A stretch of DNA of 64,000 bases from Rhodosorus marinus CCMP1338 (GCA_029953675.1 JAMWBK010000001.1:3658001-3722000); one strand, 5' to 3'; counted from the first letter of the stretch, positions 35,126 to 48,298 are shown. The notes: a model not told the origin generated them from the sequence alone. Translations and numbers: made by a program.

Positions 35126-35800
35126 CTAGGAGGCAAACGCAGGTACATAAAAGCTGCGTCCAGTTTCTGAGCGGATGATGATGAACGTCGGGTTCTCCCA
35201 TAGGTTACCAATGAGACCGTACTCATTACACCAGTCTGGAATGAGCCTATCTCGCACGCCATCTCCGTAGAGGATGGTCAATGCAATGCTCTGCAGCGGG
35301 TCAAACACCTGATCAATCACCGTCGACACGAGACATTGGCAGACTATATCTGGTACTCGCCGCTCACATGTCTCCTTGACCCAGGTGCGATTATCACTGA
35401 GACTGATTGACAAGCTCTTAACATTCATGGAATGAAGCTGAACAGCAGTCGCTTCCATTTCCCGAAAAGCGGTGGCGAGCGCCTCCTGGCGTGCGTTGAG
35501 GTCGATCAGCATCAGAAATCGATCAACATTGCAGTTTCCTGCAAGGAAGATCTTTTTTGCACATTCGGGTGTAATCCCCAAAGACCGTAACACAGCACAC
35601 CGAAGGGCGTACTTCTCAAACCCCAACCTACCTTCCTTCAAGACTGCGTCCATGTCAACTCTCTCCAGCGGTTCGAGTTCAACATTTCTCTTCACACGAA
35701 GAACGTTCTCCCTACAAGAAGCATCCATACCGCCTCCTCCAGGAAACACGTCCATGGAGTCCCTATGGTACGGCCTCCTCTTCACTCCAAGCTCCATCAT
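35126..35800 (-). CDS. Uncharacterised protein, about 224 aa, apparently single exon
   Basis: Open frame from ATG 35800 (MMELGVKRR) after a G/T-rich leader like those of neighbouring genes. Protein-like composition; no family recognised. Confidence 0.55.
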   Translation of the reverse strand: MMELGVKRRPYHRDSMDVFPGGGGMDASCRENVLRVKRNVELEPLERVDMDAVLKEGRLGFEKYALRCAVLRSLGITPECAKKIFLAGNCNVDRFLMLIDLNARQEALATAFREMEATAVQLHSMNVKSLSISLSDNRTWVKETCERRVPDIVCQCLVSTVIDQVFDPLQSIALTILYGDGVRDRLIPDWCNEYGLIGNLWENPTFIIIRSETGRSFYVPAFAS

Positions 35801-38800
35801 CCTGAACCAGGCAAAAAAAACACCAAAAGCCAACACGCTTTTCAACCCCTAGACTAACGTAACCCCGTTACCTAACCTTTCACAAACCAAAACCCAATAG
35901 CAGATGTGGTTCTCCTCCCCTCTCCGTTCCCTTCCCCCCCTTTACCGATACCAACGCTCCCGCATCAGCACCCGCGGCACCCACTCAGCCTTTGTAGGAG
36001 CCACACTGAACCCCTTTTAATGCACTTTCTCGTAGTCCGTTTGATCTCGCTTTTAATCCTTCAAAATTATTTCATAATACAATATAGGTAGAATCCGTAC
36101 TAGTTTGGCGAAGAGGTTTGTCACCTCTAAAAACCGAGTGCGGGTACAAATACAAATGTCGTGTGTTTCTTATTTTAATTTTACTTTTTGGACGGTATTA
36201 ATACAATCATAATTTGAGCCGGCGTGGAAAGTTCGGGTGGCCACCCCTTGCTGGATTCTGCGTGTTCGAAAAAGTCAGCGGGAGAGGGGATACTTGAAAT
36301 CCTTCTGATGTCTACCCTGAACTAGAAACAGATGGGTAGAAATACTTTCTTCAAACACAGAAACAGATTTGGTTAAAATATATTCACGGGAAAAAAGGAC
36401 TTCTGCGATATTGTGGAGTAGGGGTCGATCTTCCTCAATATCTTTAGATACGGGTTCTCGGAATGAACGGAAACCAGGGCAAGGGTTGGGGCGGGCGTGG
36501 CGGGAGTCGTTGAAAAACTGTTCTCCGTTCAAAAACAAGGACTCTGAGAAGTTGTTTTCTTCTTGAAAAAGTAAATACCCATGATTTCGGATTTTAGCAG
36601 TTTCAGAATATCCTAACTTGTCCCTGTTGATCGCGGGTGGGTTGGAAGGTCTACTTTAGCCTAAATTTTCAATTAACCGTAGTAAAAAGTACTAAAAAGA
36701 TACCCCACACGACCATTCCTTCCATATCAATGATTGGACACATAAGTTTCGAGACAACCAATCAAGCGTTGCTTAATCCTTAATCAATCCAAGCCATGGA
36801 AAAATTCTAAAAATATACTTGAAAGACAACTATGTATCTCCTGACCATTTTGTTTTCGGAAGTTTTTTGACGTTTCCCATTCCTATCGATTTTATCTCCA
36901 GGCGAAGGAGAGTTTCCTGCCTTCTATTTCTCATGGGGGATGCTAAAAATAATAATAATAAGATAAAGAGAAAAGGCGATCGATCCCCCTTCCAAACCGA
37001 AAAAAACAACAATTTCAACGAAAATCTTTGCGGAGAAAGCACCAAAAAATTGGTCCTTTGCATTGTATTATGACGCACGATTGTATTCCTCCAAAAACAG
37101 TCGAATATTATATAATATTTTACTATATATTCGTATTGGCGGGAACTATCGCTGTAGGAAAAGTATACGCCCGAAAATATATGTTTTTCAATATGTACTC
37201 TATTGGCTTTGTTTTTCCCACGGTTTCTGGTTTGTTTTTTTTTGGCTCTGGTTTATTGTGTTTTTTTTGGAATGCTTTTGAGGGTACTAAACGTGGATGA
37301 AGGCTATGCTTAGGGGGTTTCTGCTCGTGTGCCCCCTGGCGGGCTAGGCAGAGGGTAATGTTCTTAACGGTTGTGTGCAAAACGGTTCCTGGGGGGCGAA
37401 TCACCGATTCCAATTGTTATCTCCGGAACGGTCGAGCCGCGGCATCGGGTTCCCAACATTGAATGCGGTCGTCGTACTAACGCAGCCTCAAAACGTGGCT
37501 TGGGAATTTCCGAGGCGTAGGGCGTTTTTAAGCATCTTGAGCGAGTTGGAATCATAAGGAGGGGTTGCCATTTCACAAGCGTCGCGGTGGGTATTTTTGC
37601 GAGTGCACAAAGTCCCATTTTCATGGCCTTGCAACGACAATACATATGTGCTGATGCCGTTCCATAGGCTCACAGAGACTCTCCTTGGGTTTCGTCTCGG
37701 TCGCATCCCTTGTAAAGCCCACACCGAAGAGCAACACCGTGGGGATCTCTCAGGTTGTCAGCAAGAACGGCAAAGGAAACCCTTCATCAAGGGCTACTCT
37801 TTGGCTCAGTTAACGTTCCTAGTTCGCCCTATGCCAAGGTCATGGAACTCCCCCCTCCCCCGCACAACGATATCACGAATCGAATACTGGTTCCGTCCTT
37901 CCGCGTTAAAATCATTCGGTAGTAGCAAGTCAAGCGCAACGTCTGCTAGAAACAAGCCACATGGCTCCGATACTACACAGCGCGCTCTACAATCGGATGG
38001 ACTTCGACCCAAACAAGAAAGTTTCGCCTCGGCAACGTCCTCGTTCCGCAAAAGCAGTGGAAGATGTAGGAAAGAAAAAGCTCGTTTTGCTTGTCCAGTC
38101 AGTTTCATGAGAACGAACAACTTGAATCCCGGCCCGCTAGTGGGACTGTGCTAGCGGATGCACTCCGTTTGAAGTTGCCTCTGAGCAGACGCAGAGATCC
38201 TGTTTGCTTCTGTCACGGATTCACTACACATTCGAGTGAAGACGAAGCTGTTGGCAGTGCCGGCATTTCATGTTGATGCGCGCGGCCAGTAGTTGGTAGT
38301 TGCGAACACGAGACCATGCTACCATTCAGGTAGAAGTATATGATCTCGCCTCAGCTGCATATTACCGCATCCGAGGTCCGGCGTTCCTGAAAGAAACATT
38401 TGGCGATGCGGTGGAAACTGAAGCGGCAGGGCAGCCTAGAAAGGATTCTTCAACTGTAATCGATTTCGGGGCTAGAACAGGCGTTGGTGTTCATGTACAG
38501 TGAGATGAAATCTCAACTCGTTGATGTTGATGGGCATGTACACTGAGATGTAATATCAAACTGCGTCCCTTGACCAGTACACGATGCGTCCTAACATGCC
38601 ATCCGGTTTCTCTGAATGTGTACCCTCAGCGCCATTTCTACATAAGTGAATCCGTCATATGCGGTATCTGCCCGTACTTGCCTAAACATAGGCAACCTCT
38701 CCCGGTACTCCACTGGTTGCTAAAACGGTCACAGCCAACGAGGGCAGCTGGACCGGTGGGGGGGGGGGAGCGAACACAATAGTGTCAATGAAAGAGAATT

Positions 38801-39595
38801 TGTTCAATCAGGGACAGATTTCATACACACCCAGTGGGACTTGTTGAACGTCATGCAGACGCTCGCTCGCTAAGAGACCCTTCCTATCACAATCCCACTC
38901 TCTCTCCTCTGGTAACAGCTGTCACTAAATATTTAAAAATCGTAATATTTTCCATGGAATCTTGCCGGAATTCGAATCATGCAAAAACTAGACTATTTAT
39001 ATGGGAAAGAGTCCGGGGTCGAGGTAAGTGCTCAGGATCTCCGGGAAATTGAAAATAATTTCCATTTTATGAGGAACCAAAATTTCGCCCCGATTCGATC
39101 CCCACCCTTAGTTCACTGTACTTATCCTAAAAATCAAGGCAAGGAGAAAGCTTGGTTTCTCCCTTGATTTTTCCTGCAAGAGGATACGTTCCGTTTCTCT
39201 CCCGTAAAGAACTACATTTTTTCAGTGGTATTGGGGTTCATTTAGTTTGAAATTTTGGGGGAATCCTGGGATTCCTGTGGCTGTGGGGTTCTTGAGCCCT
39301 GCATATTGATTGATAATTAGTCATTAAGAATTTCGATTTGATTGAGTCATTTCTTTTCAGTGGATGTGGATGGATAGATTGGGTTCATAAGCGTTTTTGT
39401 GAGATGGAAGCGCGGCCGTTTGGCAGCTGGGGCGCAGATATAAAGGACTATCTCCTAAACAAGCGTGGGGCTAGGGCGAGAAGCGTTGTTCTGTTCTGCT
39501 GAGGTGGAACAAGGGTTAGTTGTTCAGTTTTTTTTGCTTTTATTTGTAGGTTGGGAAAAGGGGGTGGTTTCGTATTGTTTGTTTTGGTGGAGAAG

Positions 39596-40579
39596 ATGAT
39601 TGGGTTTACGTTGAACTTCGGAGCTGCGTCGAAGACGAGGGGTGCCAGGAGGGCCTGCAGGTTGCGGAGTTCCGATCATGGGATTGAGTACGTAACTTGT
39701 GATGTAGATGGGACGCTGCTTAATAGCAAACACAATGTGGACGGTGCGGTAGCCAACGCTGTTGTACGTACTCTGGAGAACGGCGTTAAGTTTGTGTGTG
39801 CAACGGGAAAGTCTAGGCAGGGTTCGCTGAACAGCATTGGTCCGGACTTGGAGAAGAAGATTCGGAACGCTTATGGAGGGGAGGTTCCTGGTGTCTTCTT
39901 GCAAGGGCTTATTGTGTATGGACTGGACGGGAAGGTTGTTCACGAAAGGCTGCTTACTTCGGATATGGCGCAAAAATTGGCAGATGCTTCTCGCGAACAC
40001 GGGGTAACTGTGGTTGCTTATAGCGCCGATCGTATTCTCTGCGAGGAGGAAGATGATGAGACCCGGAAGTTGAAGCCCTACAAAGAACCTACCCCAGAGC
40101 CGATCGGGAGGTGGGAAGACGTCATTGGAAAGTTGCCAATACACAAGATGATGTACCTCGCTCCCGTCGCCGATTGCGAGAGATTCCGACCTGTGCTGGA
40201 GAAGATCGTGGGTGACGAGGCAAAGATCACACAGGCCATGCGGGACATGATCGAAGTTCTCCCGCCGAATGCTTCGAAGGGATTTGGGGTCGAGAGGTTC
40301 CTTGAAAGCTTCAACGCCGACCCGGGGAAGCTACTCGCCATAGGGGACGCCGAGAACGACCTTGAAATGCTGAAGCTCGCCAAGTACGGCGTTGCCATGG
40401 GGAACGGATTCGACAGTGTGAAGGCAGTTGCAGATGATATCGTCCTTGATAATGACAACGCTGGCGTGGCGGTCGCTCTCGAGAAGTACGTACTGGACGA
40501 ACCGGAAGATGAGAAATTTCCCGGTGAGGATTTCCCTGTTACAAGAATTGAACACTCCGCAGCAGCTCAAACCGCATGA
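39596..40579 (+). CDS. Cof-type HAD-IIB hydrolase/phosphatase, probably plastid-targeted
   Basis: Motif I DVDGTLLN, motif II ATGKSRQG, motifs III/IV KGFG...IGDAENDLEMLKLAKYGVAMGNG. Transit-peptide-like N-terminus MIGFTLNFGAASKTRGARRACRLRSS. Confidence 0.93.
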   Translation: MIGFTLNFGAASKTRGARRACRLRSSDHGIEYVTCDVDGTLLNSKHNVDGAVANAVVRTLENGVKFVCATGKSRQGSLNSIGPDLEKKIRNAYGGEVPGVFLQGLIVYGLDGKVVHERLLTSDMAQKLADASREHGVTVVAYSADRILCEEEDDETRKLKPYKEPTPEPIGRWEDVIGKLPIHKMMYLAPVADCERFRPVLEKIVGDEAKITQAMRDMIEVLPPNASKGFGVERFLESFNADPGKLLAIGDAENDLEMLKLAKYGVAMGNGFDSVKAVADDIVLDNDNAGVAVALEKYVLDEPEDEKFPGEDFPVTRIEHSAAAQTA

Positions 40580-41894
40580 GTTCGGCCCAGGTAGAGGTCC
40601 CACACAAGTTTGAGGACGAGGAGTATGGCTCCTTTCGTTGCTTGAAGAGTTTGTAATCGAAACCTTGACTTTCCAACTCTTGTAGAATATGATTTGTACA
40701 TTCGATTGTAGACAGCGGACTTTTTTTTTTTTATTGTAAGTCGGTAAAATCCCTGTTTCATCAGTCGATTAGATGCACCGCCCACCCCCCGGAACCCTTC
40801 TCTCTCTCTCTTACACCTGAGAGTGGGGGTTTGTTGCCGCTGAGCACGGTCTTCTGTCCCGCAGAGAAGCGACAGGCATGTCTGAATTCGCACGGAGCAA
40901 TGTTCAGATAAAGGTAGACTTCACCGGGTTAAGCTCGATGACGTAGTGAAGCAGGAAGCAGACGGAAAGCCAAAACATTGGTTCTTCGGCGATCCCGTTG
41001 AAGCAACCCAGTACGGGAGACCCACGGAAGCGATGTTGTCTAGATAAACGCCTTCTCCCTGCGCCTCACGTTTGATCAGTTTGTAGACGCTTGAGGAGCA
41101 ACCGGTCGGTGCTCTCCAGACGCTGCACCTGAATGAGATGATAGGGATTACTCCCCATTTCGCGACCCACGATAAATGACTTCTTCGAGGGAGAGAGTGT
41201 GGTTCAGCATACTTTGTACTGCTGTCAACTCCAAGGAACCCACTGGGCGCACGGCCTCCACGGAGACGGTTAGCGCCCGTTATCCGTGGCTGACCAAATC
41301 CATCAAAAGATTGCATCGACCTGGTCAATTTGGTAGGCTGAAAGCCCGACAACCGATAACCTTGAGCACACGCTAGGAGATCCACAAGAAGAGTTTCGAA
41401 TTGTCCACAAAAACTGGCCGCTGGCTCTCTCGTAGAATTGCGTTTCAGGACGTCACGAGGGGATGTGAGCCGTTCGCACTATCGACGAAGTTCCGATTTG
41501 AGATTGTTCAGGGACGCTTGCTAAGGAGACCTTTGCGAATCCGACCGGAGAGCGCCTACCTTGGCTACGTCAACGTCATTAGGGAGGAATTTGAAAGCTG
41601 GTTGGCATCGCCTGCGAAGATTAAGACATCTCTCCTCAGTCGAAAAAGGGGTTTAGGAAAGGTGAACTTTCTTGGTGTGGAAGGCATCGGAGTATTAGGG
41701 AACGCGAAAACCTTGTTGTTCGCGGATCTCGGAAGGAGCGGTTGATAGACTTTGCGAGCTTCCAGGATGTTGTTGTCCGTCGTCAACACTTAGTGCGTAA
41801 GGTGAAGCTGATTCTCTCTTTGAAGAGGCTGTAGAGCTAGCTAGTCCGTGACGGAAGCTGTGGGAAGGGAGGAGTTGGATCTGTGCGGATTAAG

Positions 41895-42416
41895 ATGTCT
41901 AGTTTGATCAGAAGGGCATGTGGATGCTGGAGTCAAATCGGGGGACGGAGAGAATTCGCAAAGATAGTGAAGAAGAAAAAGAAGGACGATACGAAAATAA
42001 AGGATCCACACAAAGGTCTTCCAGCGGGATGGGATGCGTTGAATTACCTAAAGGACGGCCAACCACCTGAAGAAAAGCCGGATGAGGAGTACCCGGAATG
42101 GCTCTGGACGTTGACAGAGCGGAGACCAATGGCAGGCGAGCTCCGGAGACGAGCATTGTCCGCATTTGAACACGGAGGTAGGTCAGAATGAGTTGCCCTG
42201 TTCTGTGCACCGGTCAACCTTTATCGCGCTGGCTCTATTCCTGAATATTAACCTGCTTCTATGCCCTGGATCCTCTGCGCAGGCGCTGCGGAAGTTGTCG
42301 CCTGTCTCACGGCTGAAGAAAGGACACGGCTTTGGAGGTTTGCCAGGAGAAGTTTGATCAAACAAAACAACGACGTTCTTCGACGGAAGTGGTTCAGAAT
42401 GAAACCAAAGTACTGA
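41895..42416 (+). CDS. MRPL54: Mitochondrial ribosomal protein mL54 (Ribosomal_L37 family), one intron
   Basis: LNYLKDGQPPEEKPDEEYPEWLWTL. An intron of about 42177-42281 gives exon 2 GAAEVVACLTAEERTRLWRFARRSLIKQNN...KY*. Confidence 0.85.
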
Positions 42417-42972
42417 TCGCCAAGCGGCGGTATCAATCGTCGTCGAAAAAAAATTAGGAAGAAGCAGATGGTCGACTTTGTCGGACAGGTCTGTGAACGG
42501 AAGCAGTTTTCAAGTGGGGCGGTCGAAGGATCGTCCGGCGGGACGAGTTGCAAGATGAAAAGAAGTCAAGTCTGGGGACAACCCCACGTAGAACACGGGT
42601 TCGGGAATCTTTCATCCCTTCGCATGTTTTTCTTTATTTTGAGAGAAAGTTCACGCCTTGTGCAGAATCCCGGCAGCGGGAATGAAGAGAAGCAGCAGTG
42701 TCCACAATCAGATGAGAGGTGCCACAGTAGGAGTAGGCTGCTCGGTTGATATTGTGATGTTGAATTTTTCGAGATACACGGATCGCATTTTTCAATGCTT
42801 TGATTCTAATTAGCTGTGTGTGGCCGTGTACCAGTACAGAAACGCAGCATGGGCATTCTGAGTTGTCACTGTTGGAGTCAGCCGCTGCTAAGCTGAACAG
42901 TCGTTGTGTCTAGCAATGGGGACAGAATCCGTGTCCATCGGATCCCAGTTTTCCATAGAACGAACGTTGTGG

Positions 42973-43267
42973 TACACCTTGAGTGAGAAATTCCGAGAAT
43001 GGCTCCAGAGCGTGTGGCGTTTGCAGCGAACCATTTCTTTGAGCAAAGAAATGACAGCGATTCGCTGCTGATGCGAGAACCAAGTCTGTGACACATGGTT
43101 CCTCGCCACGCGCCTTCGATTACACCTTGAGTGAGAAATTCCGAGAATGGCTCCAGAGCGTCGCGTTGGCAGCGAACCATTTCTTTGAGCAAAGAAATGA
43201 CAGCGATTCGCCGCCGATGCGAGAACCAAGTCTGTGACATATGGCTCCTCGCCACGCGCCTTCGATT
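42973..43267. repeat. 148-bp tandem duplication (2 near-identical units)
   Basis: TACACCTTGAGTGAGAAATTCCGAGAATGGCTCCAGAGCGT starts at 42973 and 43121. Confidence 0.9.
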
Positions 43268-44511
43268 GGGCGTGGGCAATACATTCCGGTTGTGGGCAAC
43301 CGGCCCTTTTCGGTTGGGCCAACGGCTAGAACGAGCAAATATTGTGCGATGCAACCATTCCAAGTTTGAAACACCCCGTCTTCCGATGCAGTTCACAATT
43401 CAGTGCAACGGCTCCGACTAACGTGAGCCCATGAACCGCACTAGTTCGCCACATCTGCTTGAAACAAGCGATAAATCTGCGGACGTTACAGAGATCAGCA
43501 TTGCAACTCCCACCGACTCAGAAACCCTGAGTTCAAGGGGGACCAAAATTTTCAATCCTCTAGCCTTCAGATTCTAACAAGTTGGCACGTCAGCTTTCCC
43601 CAACCTTAAACCCCCCACTCCCCCCGCCGTCCATCCCCCTCCGTCCCAACTCCTTATTGACAAGAAGACCCCATCGGACACGTGCTCACTCCAATCGAAT
43701 TTTGAATTCTCACTAAAAAAACCTCAACCTCAATTAAAACAGCGAAAATAGATATAATGAATTCCATCTTAACGAAGAAAATACTCCATCTCCATGTCCA
43801 CAACCCCAAAAAATGAAAAAGAGAAGAAACTCCAAACCCTCTGATCATTTTCTATGAAATCAACGCCTCAGTTCCAAAGCTCACTGCAGCTTGGTGATGT
43901 CTATTATTTTTTCAATAAATATCCTTGGCCCGAATTGCTTTAGTGGCCCAATGTTTTCAAGCTGGCCATCTACCGGAGTGAGAAGGAGGGGTAGGGCGGG
44001 GGAGGGGGGGTTGGAGTCTTTGATCATTTTCATAAGCCATTTGGGGCTTCTAATGGGAGAAGTTGAAGGAGGGGTAAGTAGGTGTTACTGTGATTGTGGA
44101 GAGGGTTTTGGCTTGGAAAAGGACGTGTTTTAAGAGGGGGGTGAGGATTTTAAGATGTAGTCAAGCCAAACGATTTTTGAAAGGCTTTTTTTGTAGGGGA
44201 GGTTGGGAGTGAAAAGAGAGAGACAGAGTGAGGAGGAGAAGGGGGGTGGGGTGGATTTGTATGTTTTGTGGTATGACATTGTGTCTATGTTGAAAAGGGG
44301 GTAACGGAGGGGGAGGAGGAGGGGAAGGGGAAGAGACTTGTGGGGTATATGAGCTGAGTAAGGAGCGTGGTTGGGGATGAGGTTGGTATAGTAGAGATTG
44401 TGGTATATATTGTAAGGACTTTTTTTTTTTTTTTTTTTGTATGGGAGGAGTATTTATATGTGGATTGTTACTTTTAGTTAGGCTGAGAAAAGTGAGGTTG
44501 CGGTGAAGGAC

Positions 44512-46221
44512 ATGTACAACAACCAACAGGGTGGGACGTATAGGCGAGTTGGAAACCCACTGCCAGATTCAGCTGTCAAGTCGGAGGACGGCCTTCTGGG
44601 ACGTGCCGGGCCGTTGAAATCTGATGTGAGTATTCGGGGCCACAGGCTGACTGGTTTTTCTCGTCTGCCGCTTCTTCCGGAATCTACCGTGCTCATCGTG
44701 TGATATGTTCTCCCGGGCTCTGCTTGGTTCGTTCTGTGGGTACAGAAAGCAGCGATGTTCAAGTCAAATGCCCCTTGGAAAGTTGTTGCCTTTTTCTTTA
44801 TGGGCCTTTCTTTCCTGCTGGCGATGCGGTTGTCGTATACACTTGGACAGGAAAGTGGGTACATCAAAACAGGCGCACTAGGACAGGAAAGTGGGTACAT
44901 CAAAACAGGCGTGCCCGTCGTACCCGGAGTAAGCGTGAACGAGGGGAACAGGAGTATAGATGACGAGGATCCGATTCTCGCAGGCGTTGAAAGTCTTCCA
45001 GCGCCGTTTTGAGCAACGTATGTGCTGACGACGTGCCCTACCCTTCATTTTGGTTTGTTATAGGCCACGGGATCCAATCCAGCTGTCGAACCACCTATTC
45101 AGCTTACACCGGCAACGATCCCCAACCCTCTGGACGAACTGCGAAAGTTTGCAATCAAACCGGCACAGGTCGATGTAGAGCAGATCAAGTCACTCCCAGC
45201 CGCAAGAAGAATTATTGGTGAGTATCTTCAAGGTATCGCTGTGATCTTAGCGGACGGTCCATTTGCTGTTTTTTCATTGAGAAGTGTTCAAGAACAGAAG
45301 GAGGCGTACGACCTTTGCTGGCTTTCCTAGCTGTTTCTAGCTTTCTGGTGCCTTGTTCTCTGTCCTCTTGTTGGTTCTTCTCCTTCTCACAACGGGATAC
45401 TTTTTGCTTGCAACAGTCTCGAAAAACCTTAGGATCATGTATTGCCCTATCCCGAAGGCGGCAAACAGCAACTGGAAACTGCTGATTCGAAAGTACGAAG
45501 GTTTTGAAGACTACGCGGATCTCAGCATAGCCAACGACAGAGCCGCTTCTGGATTCACCTTTCTTGAAGATCTAAGCGCTGCTGAGATTTCCGGAATGCT
45601 GAACGATCCGGACGTGCTCAAGTTCACGTTCGCCCGTGACCCATACGCTAGAACGCTTTCATGCTACCTTAACAAGTTCGGTAACAAGGACAAGTCCGGA
45701 GAGGAATACAGGATCTACATGGCCCAGCTTTACGGCTGGGCATGGGTCAAAGAGCACGATATTGAAAATGAGGAGAGGTGAGTCCCGTCATCACGTCCAT
45801 GTAATCATGCAGTTGTCAAGTCAGCGCATGGATCTGACAGTGTTTTCTCCGCTTTTGTGTACCCTCCGTAATTTGCCCCATAATGCGCTCCAGGCCATCG
45901 TTTCAACAGTTTGTGAACCAGATCTCAACGCAGGATTTCGGTGAAATGAACGAGCACTGGGCCCCGCAGACTTATTTGTGTGGCGTCGGTCTGTTTCCTT
46001 ACGATTTTGTTGGCAAACTGGAGGACATTGCAACCCACGCGCCCAAGGTGATTAAGTGGATGGCGAACGGGAGAGAGAGCCATTTCCCAACGCAGGAGGA
46101 AATCAAGTTTTCCAGCATGGGAGCCAACGAGCAAATGAACCAGTTCTACAACGAAGAAATCAAGAAAAAGGTGCACGAAACGTTTTCTGAGGACTTTTCG
46201 AGACTTCAGTATACTGCATAG
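44512..46221 (+). CDS. Golgi-type carbohydrate sulfotransferase (Sulfotransfer_2 / CHST-like), type II membrane, multi-exon
   Basis: 5'-PSB YCPIPKAANSNWK, 3'-PB FTFARDPYARTLSCYLNKF, HWAPQTYLC, YDFVGKLE, EDFSRLQY. TM VVAFFFMGLSFLLAM. Exon 1 (MYNNQQ...KSD) splices in phase 0. Confidence 0.88.
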
Positions 46222-46667
46222 AGCACCCCGCCACCATCCGGGCTTGCTGCCTGGCAGGTGCGTTGTAGCTTTTGGTTTGGTACCGGATTGCCTCTCCAGT
46301 TTATTTCGTTGCCCGCTTCATTCGTTTTCGATGTGTATTCCTTTTCCTTTCTTCACGTTTTTGTCTCCGATTCTAACGAGTATTTCAATAACAAAACCAA
46401 ATACCTCTAAAAATACCGCCCAGCCACCATGCGGCGTTTTTGCATGTATGTGACAAACGCGTCCAGTCAAGTAGAGCCGATGCTACTAGACGCGCAGGTC
46501 AACCGAGCTCCGCCCGAGGGTCTCCACTTGAACGGGCGTGTCGTGCCGTTGATCGACTCCTAATCGGGGTCAATTGCAACCGCCAAAGTCTTCGCTCCGA
46601 AATGATGTCCTTTCAACCCGATCGTTGTCTTTCATCAGGGCTGGATTTTGGGGACAGGGGTCACTGC

Positions 46668-48298
46668 TCAGCTGCCTGCCGGGGCACTCCCTTTTCCTCC
46701 TTTATTTGAGTAGTTTTCGACGCCCTTCTGCGCTGCATACTTCGCGTTGGATTTCACGATCTTCTTCACTGATACAATACGCCTCGTCGCGTAGGCGGTC
46801 TTGCCTACGTTGGCCGCTGTGGCTGTACCATGACGCACTGTCTCCTTCGCATTCTGTCCGTACTTTTTCTCAGCATAAGCCTGTCCCTCCTCCTTGCCAG
46901 CTTGGACAACTTCAACGTATCCCTGGGCGACGGCATCGCTAACTTCTGCGTACGCCAACAGCGACGAAGCAGCAATCTGTCCATATCGCCATTGCGAAAA
47001 AAACAGAAGAAGAACACACCAGCTCGTAAATGAGCAAAAAACAGACTGCTGTGGCCTGCGAGAAGAGTTACAACCGAGAAGCTCATTCATACCTGTCTCA
47101 TTCGCATCTTGTTATCACTATCGCCTTCCTGAACTTCAATATGCTTGGTCACCTTGTCGCCAAATTTGTGTGACACCTTTTCGCTGATCTTGTTCACGAC
47201 ATCTGACATTTTCTTTGTCACTGTCCTGGCCTTTTGGGCGTTCTTCGCGTAGTTCTCCGGCAAGTCTTCAGATCCTGCTTCAGCTGGTACCTCAGCAATC
47301 TTCTTCTCCCCGTACTTGTGGACCTATCTCGTGAGCAGTGTATTGGGCCAGAGAGGAGCAAACGGTCAGGTTTTCACTCCAGTTCTCCGCAAGGAAAAAT
47401 GGGAATTCTTGTGCTTTCGTGATCTAGGCCTCACCGTGGACGCCGTTCCGTGTCCTGTTTTGACTATGGAATGACAAAGCCAGCCTGTCATCTTCATGAT
47501 GCTCTGAGACGTCTTATCTTGGGGATACATATCATCCCTCGGGATGTTCAGAAAGTCTTTGGCGGTCAACATGGCATCCGGATCCTCTTCTACAAGGAAG
47601 TTCGTGTTCTTGTTGAGGAAGCTCTCAAAATTCCAAACAGTCTGTTAGGCCATGATGACAGATCCCAGAGTTAGCTGGACCAAAGATTGCCGATAATTGC
47701 AGTCTTGTTATCTCCGTGGTTGCTCACTCACGTCCTCTTTCGGGTTCTTCAGCTCTAAACCGAGGCAGTCTTCAGCCATCATGAACAGATACATATTAGG
47801 TGAGATTCTCACGCAGTGATCGAAAGGCTTCAGGTAGAATCTGAGATCACCGCAGCTCGCTATGAGGCTCACTTGGTCCATATTTTCACCAGCAACAGGT
47901 GACATGAACTTTACAGCGCCTTCAGCGAGCAGTGTTCCCTTCCCGTACCGCGGATGGACCTACATGTGTAGAGAGAATCACGAATAATAAGGGATCAGAT
48001 CCCTCATAAGCGAGCAAAGACTCAGCCGGTGGATCTTTCCACCTCAGCGTGTACGAAGGGGCGACTTTGATCCGCACTTGATACAAACAAGTAAGCGAAC
48101 GAGCTCTCCACGCACCTGGAAAATCGAAGCATTTCCCTCAAAGAGGGGCTTGGCGCTTTCATTCGCCCTAGGAAATACCCGCTCAATTGATTCACGAACC
48201 GTTGTGACCCCATCCGCATAAAGCGTCGCCTCTGGATACACCGAGCGATCATTCAGCTGCATAGAGTCTATTTTCGGATAACTTGAAACTTGCGCCAT
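46668..48298 (-). CDS. Senescence/spartin-associated domain protein, multi-exon
   Basis: C-terminal AYAEVSDAVAQG...AYAEKKYGQNAKETVRHGTATAANVGKTAYATRRI is typical of the Senescence (spartin C-terminal) domain. Upstream exons have GT/AG boundaries. Confidence 0.78.

Noticed and set aside
40921-41790. Possible F-box/LRR pseudogene on the minus strand
   Set aside because: Only vague Leu/Cys periodicity with stops; not supportable without a profile search.
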